Positions 60,435 through 64,000 of a DNA stretch of 64,000 nt are shown here, in pieces. Source of the DNA: a virus (Duplodnaviria; Heunggongvirae; Uroviricota; Caudoviricetes); the IMG/VR virus record IMGVR_UViG_3300044675_001501, positions 1-64,000 of that record. One strand, written 5' to 3'. The notes under the pieces were generated by a model. That model saw nothing but the letters and a program-made list of their open reading frames with translations. It had not been told where the DNA came from and did no database searches. The translations under genes and the position numbers were made by a program. Position 1 is the first letter of the stretch. Each line of letters starts with the position of its first letter.

Positions 60435-63400
60435 TATGAGTGAGCGATTAATCTTAGTTTCTTAATACGAGGAACTTTACTTGGATCAGTTGACTTCATA
60501 ACAATCTTAATGATTGCATTAGTAAACGGAGTAATGTCAATAACATCAATTGTTTGTTCACTAAACACATCTAATGCGTCATTAGATGCAGTAGTAAAAC
60601 CTGTATCAACATAATTTAGGGTGTTTGGATCCACACCAGTTGTCCAAGTCTTATAGTAAATTCTCAGATCAGTAAACTGCGGAATGTTACTGTCAAACAA
60701 GATCTTCAACGAATCTGCTGGGTTAGAAATAACCAGAGGACGTGTAATATAGTTTGCATAGTTTGATGTTCCAGTAGGAGCCCAATCTTCAACAAACTTA
60801 TCTAGCTGATCAATCTTCCAACTTGGGGTATTCTTTCTGATATAATATTCAGTTGAAGAAGTAATAGAAGATGTTGGGTTTGCTGTTAGAGTAATAGATG
60901 TATCACTATTAACAATAGAGACTGTTCCGATAGTAATACCTGTCTCACCATCTGTTCTTCCGTTTCCACCAAAACTTTGTTCAGTCAGAACATCACCAAC
61001 TGCAACTTCTGTTAGGAATGCGCTACCAGATCCAGTAACTGCAGTTGCTGCGCTACTTGTTGCTGTAATAAATCCTGCACCTTTGAAGTATAGATAATCA
61101 TTCACCATATCAATTGTTGCAGATGTTACGCCTGATGGGAAAGTAAACGCTGGAGAAACTGTAATTGTAATAACATCGTCTTCAGCGTTACCAACATTAA
61201 CAGTAGTATCGCTTGATGTTACAACAGTTTCAACTAGATACTTTCCGTTAATACCAGCGATCATACCAGACAAGTAGATATACTTACCTTGTTTAGCAAG
61301 AGATAACAGGTTATCAGCAGTATCAATATTAGTAGAAATAATACCCTTACCACCAGAGTTAGAGAATGTTAGTTTAGCTTCTGGAGTACCAATAGTAAAT
61401 GTTGTAGCTGGGTCAGTTGAAACAGTAACAGTAGATGCTGTTGCTAATGACTCTAATTCAAGCAAAGTATTGCCAAGAGTATAACCATTATCAGTTCCAG
61501 AAACTTGAGCTACCTTACCAATTAGTTGATTCTGTGTATTATACAATAATGTTCCAACTGGAGTTTCAGTAGTAAACTGGGTTCCGATACCAAACACATA
61601 TTTACTTCTAACAACAAATTGGTCTCCAGCATTAGTAGTTGGAGATGTTGTGTTAATTTTTATAGATCCTGGATTAACTTCCGTAATAGCTCCAATTAAA
61701 ACTGGAGTTGCAGCAGTTGTATAAATCTCATCACCAACTCTTAGTCGTTTCCATGGTGCACCAGTTTGTGAAGTTCCAGAACCATCAAACAAGTAAGTAG
61801 TTCCAGTAATAGTATATGTTCTAGTTCCTCCTGATGTAGTTGCAGCAGGTAGTGTTAGATTTGCGCCAAACAAATTGGTATAGTGGAACGCACCAATTGT
61901 TCCTGTCGCTGGTTCTGCATCAATATCAGCAGCTGTTACATCGTTCGCTTTTAGTAGAGGTCTGTTGTCAACACCAATAACATTAATGTCTGCTTCAGTT
62001 GGGCTATTAATCAGATTTCTAATAGCGAACACTGATAATCTACCCATATCGATAATAGGTGAGACGTTGGCATTAGATGAAGACAACTTAGCTCTTATTG
62101 AAACAGATGGACGTACCAATCCTGTTGCTGCAGAGAGAACGTCTTCGTTCTCATACGATCTAATAATCTTTCTTGAATTAAATGTAAAGTTTGTATTTTC
62201 AGTTAAAGACTGGTATCCACTAGGAGTTCCGTCAGTATCGATAGCTTGAACTTCAAATTTTAATTCAGTATCTGTAGGAACAACGTTGTCGCCCTTTAAG
62301 AATAGGTAATCAACAATTAGTTGTCTTGAGCACTTAATTCCTGTGCCACCATAATCACCTTTGACGAATTGATCTAGAATTTGCTGAACAGTTGTTTCTG
62401 TTCCAGCTTCCCCAGTGATTAGAATGTTTGGCTCAGACTCACCTGTTTGTGGATTAATATATTCATCTTCAGTTTGTAATCTAAAGCAGAATGAATCTTG
62501 ATCAACACCTTCTTGAAGTACAATCTGACCACCGTTTAGTAAACTTGCTGGAATACCAAAAGACTGCGACTTAGTTCCGTAATATCTTGTTTCTTCGAGA
62601 GTGTCAGCAATAAATTCTGCAACTCCCTCAATCATTACAACGTCGCCAGCACTAAATCCGTGGCGTGGTGCTCTAACTCTAATAATATCTGATCCTGGAG
62701 TAACCTCAAATGGATTAGCAGGAAGATTCATTAGTTTAGGTGGTAATGCTTTTAACTCAACCTGAGCTGTTTGACCAATATCAAACTCTGCCTGATACAT
62801 TCTAAACTTCATATCGAACAGAGGATTAATCTCAAACTCTTTACTGTTTTGCGACAAGTATAGAGATCCAGTTAGAGGTTGGTTTGTAACTACGTTACCT
62901 GTTAAAATGTCGCTCTTACCAAGCTCTGAAATGAAAACTTGACATCCTGGCTCGTCAGTCTTAACGATTAGAGCATAGTTCTCATTATCGACCAAGTAGA
63001 TTGGAGATCTAAACTTAAAGTTTGTTGCAACGCTACCATCATCGGAAACTGCTATCTCTGCTGGATTCTTAGTTACTTCAGAGAATGGCAGAATCTTAGA
63101 AGATGGGACGCCATTATCGGTGGTTCTAATCTCAACTGTAACAGGACGATTACCTGCTTCAGAGAAATATAGATCAACAGAAGTGATAAACATTCCACCA
63201 AAAGATTGAACAACGAATGTTTGTGCTAATGGATCGTGACCACGTCTTGGTCGAATAACCTGCAGGACACGTTGAGATGTTGAAACTCGGCGAACTGGAA
63301 TTGATTCGAATACACGATCTCGTACAAAGTTTGCTTGACGACTATTGACAATAGTTCGTTCGCGAGAAAGCGTAACTCCCACAGAGGAATAAGTAGCCTC

Positions 63401-64000
63401 ACCTATAGAATCAAAGTCAGCGCTGCTATTTGAAATATTATCTGTTATCTTAAATGAACGCTCACCAGTTCTAAATCTAATTGTATCGCTACTTGGGAGA
63501 TTAAAGACTCCAGCGCAAGATCCAGTAGTATCGGTTCTAATAGCATCACCAATTTTCTTCATTACTGGCAATGTTCCAGCAGTCGAGTTTCCATTGATTG
63601 CTGTTACAGTTACTTGGTTTCTAGCAGAGTTTGCGAATACAAGAGTACCAGTTAAGTTCTCGCCAATAGAGAAACCATTTTTAATGTTAGTTACATAAAT
63701 TTCTTGTGTTACTGGTCCAAGAGCATCAGTAGCAGAAGCGACACCAGCAAATACTACAACACCAGTAGCTTGTAATCTTCTAATGTAACCACCATCAGCG
63801 CCAGCGTAAGCAGCAGCTCTATCGTATGTGCTGAACTGTCTAATTCTTGAACCGTCTAATGACGTTAGAGTAATTGTTGTTCCGCTAATCGCTGCAATTT
63901 TAAATACTCTATTATTGATTTCTCTAGAAGTTCCAACATTATAAGTTCTAATTGTTGTCTGATTATTGATACGCTCAGTAACAGTTCTTGTAATGTTTAG
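60434..64000 (-). CDS. large virion structural protein, N-terminus beyond the right window edge
   Basis: The track start at 63571 is a TTG. My hand translation shows the same frame stays open, with no stop, from 63572 to 64000 (..VFANSARNQVTVTAINGNSTAGT-L-PVMKK..). It contains a DPLAQTF...GG.F.TSVDL.F...RPVTVEIR...NG.PS motif block. Confidence 0.7.
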   Translation of the reverse strand, partial: LNITRTVTERINNQTTIRTYNVGTSREINNRVFKIAAISGTTITLTSLDGSRIRQFSTYDRAAAYAGADGGYIRRLQATGVVVFAGVASATDALGPVTQEIYVTNIKNGFSIGENLTGTLVFANSARNQVTVTAINGNSTAGTLPVMKKIGDAIRTDTTGSCAGVFNLPSSDTIRFRTGERSFKITDNISNSSADFDSIGEATYSSVGVTLSRERTIVNSRQANFVRDRVFESIPVRRVSTSQRVLQVIRPRRGHDPLAQTFVVQSFGGMFITSVDLYFSEAGNRPVTVEIRTTDNGVPSSKILPFSEVTKNPAEIAVSDDGSVATNFKFRSPIYLVDNENYALIVKTDEPGCQVFISELGKSDILTGNVVTNQPLTGSLYLSQNSKEFEINPLFDMKFRMYQAEFDIGQTAQVELKALPPKLMNLPANPFEVTPGSDIIRVRAPRHGFSAGDVVMIEGVAEFIADTLEETRYYGTKSQSFGIPASLLNGGQIVLQEGVDQDSFCFRLQTEDEYINPQTGESEPNILITGEAGTETTVQQILDQFVKGDYGGTGIKCSRQLIVDYLFLKGDNVVPTDTELKFEVQAIDTDGTPSGYQSLTENTNFTFNSRKIIRSYENEDVLSAATGLVRPSVSIRAKLSSSNANVSPIIDMGRLSVFAIRNLINSPTEADINVIGVDNRPLLKANDVTAADIDAEPATGTIGAFHYTNLFGANLTLPAATTSGGTRTYTITGTTYLFDGSGTSQTGAPWKRLRVGDEIYTTAATPVLIGAITEVNPGSIKINTTSPTTNAGDQFVVRSKYVFGIGTQFTTETPVGTLLYNTQNQLIGKVAQVSGTDNGYTLGNTLLELESLATASTVTVSTDPATTFTIGTPEAKLTFSNSGGKGIISTNIDTADNLLSLAKQGKYIYLSGMIAGINGKYLVETVVTSSDTTVNVGNAEDDVITITVSPAFTFPSGVTSATIDMVNDYLYFKGAGFITATSSAATAVTGSGSAFLTEVAVGDVLTEQSFGGNGRTDGETGITIGTVSIVNSDTSITLTANPTSSITSSTEYYIRKNTPSWKIDQLDKFVEDWAPTGTSNYANYITRPLVISNPADSLKILFDSNIPQFTDLRIYYKTWTTGVDPNTLNYVDTGFTTASNDALDVFSEQTIDVIDITPFTNAIIKIVMKSTDPSKVPRIKKLRLIAHS

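Overview
This window is a contiguous segment of a T4-like marine-type myovirus, of the kind seen in cyanomyoviruses and pelagimyoviruses. It is AT-rich, and every credible gene lies on the minus strand, often with ATGA or TAATG stop/start overlaps. Reading the minus strand from right to left, the layout is as follows. (1) 64000-30558 is a tail-fibre/baseplate region of about 34 kb. It is dominated by two paralogous giant proteins (3113 and 3464 aa), a 1183-aa protein built from about 20 tandem 37-aa repeats, and several fibre-like proteins. (2) 30548-17261 is the conserved T4 virion module in canonical order: gp13, gp14, gp15, gp17, gp18, gp19, gp20, core proteins, gp21, gp22, gp23, gp3-like. 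There is no gp16 between gp15 and gp17. (3) 17204-40 holds replication, recombination and early genes: uvsY, uvsW, gp55, gp47, gp46, a CobT-like/CobS-like pair, small accessory genes, an SPFH lipoprotein, gp45, gp44, gp62, regA, hsp20 and an exonuclease. These are punctuated by seven near-consensus sigma70 promoters, each with a 17-bp spacer. The most notable item is absent from the ORF track: a 23-codon ORF at 1971-2042 (-) with a consensus SD that encodes [23 protein letters not shown]. This is a textbook PqqA (PQQ precursor peptide). It is flanked by stable RNA hairpins, and no pqqB-E genes occur in the window. Other points worth a second look are: a 23-bp perfect direct repeat bracketing the AAA+/VWA (CobS/CobT-like) cassette; an HExxH motif in the VWA protein; a translationally coupled small 2-TM protein with the SPFH lipoprotein; a 37-aa repeat family shared by the tail sheath and the 1183-aa protein; and the modular architecture of the giant paralogs. 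All functional calls rest on motif and synteny recognition by eye. No database search was possible.
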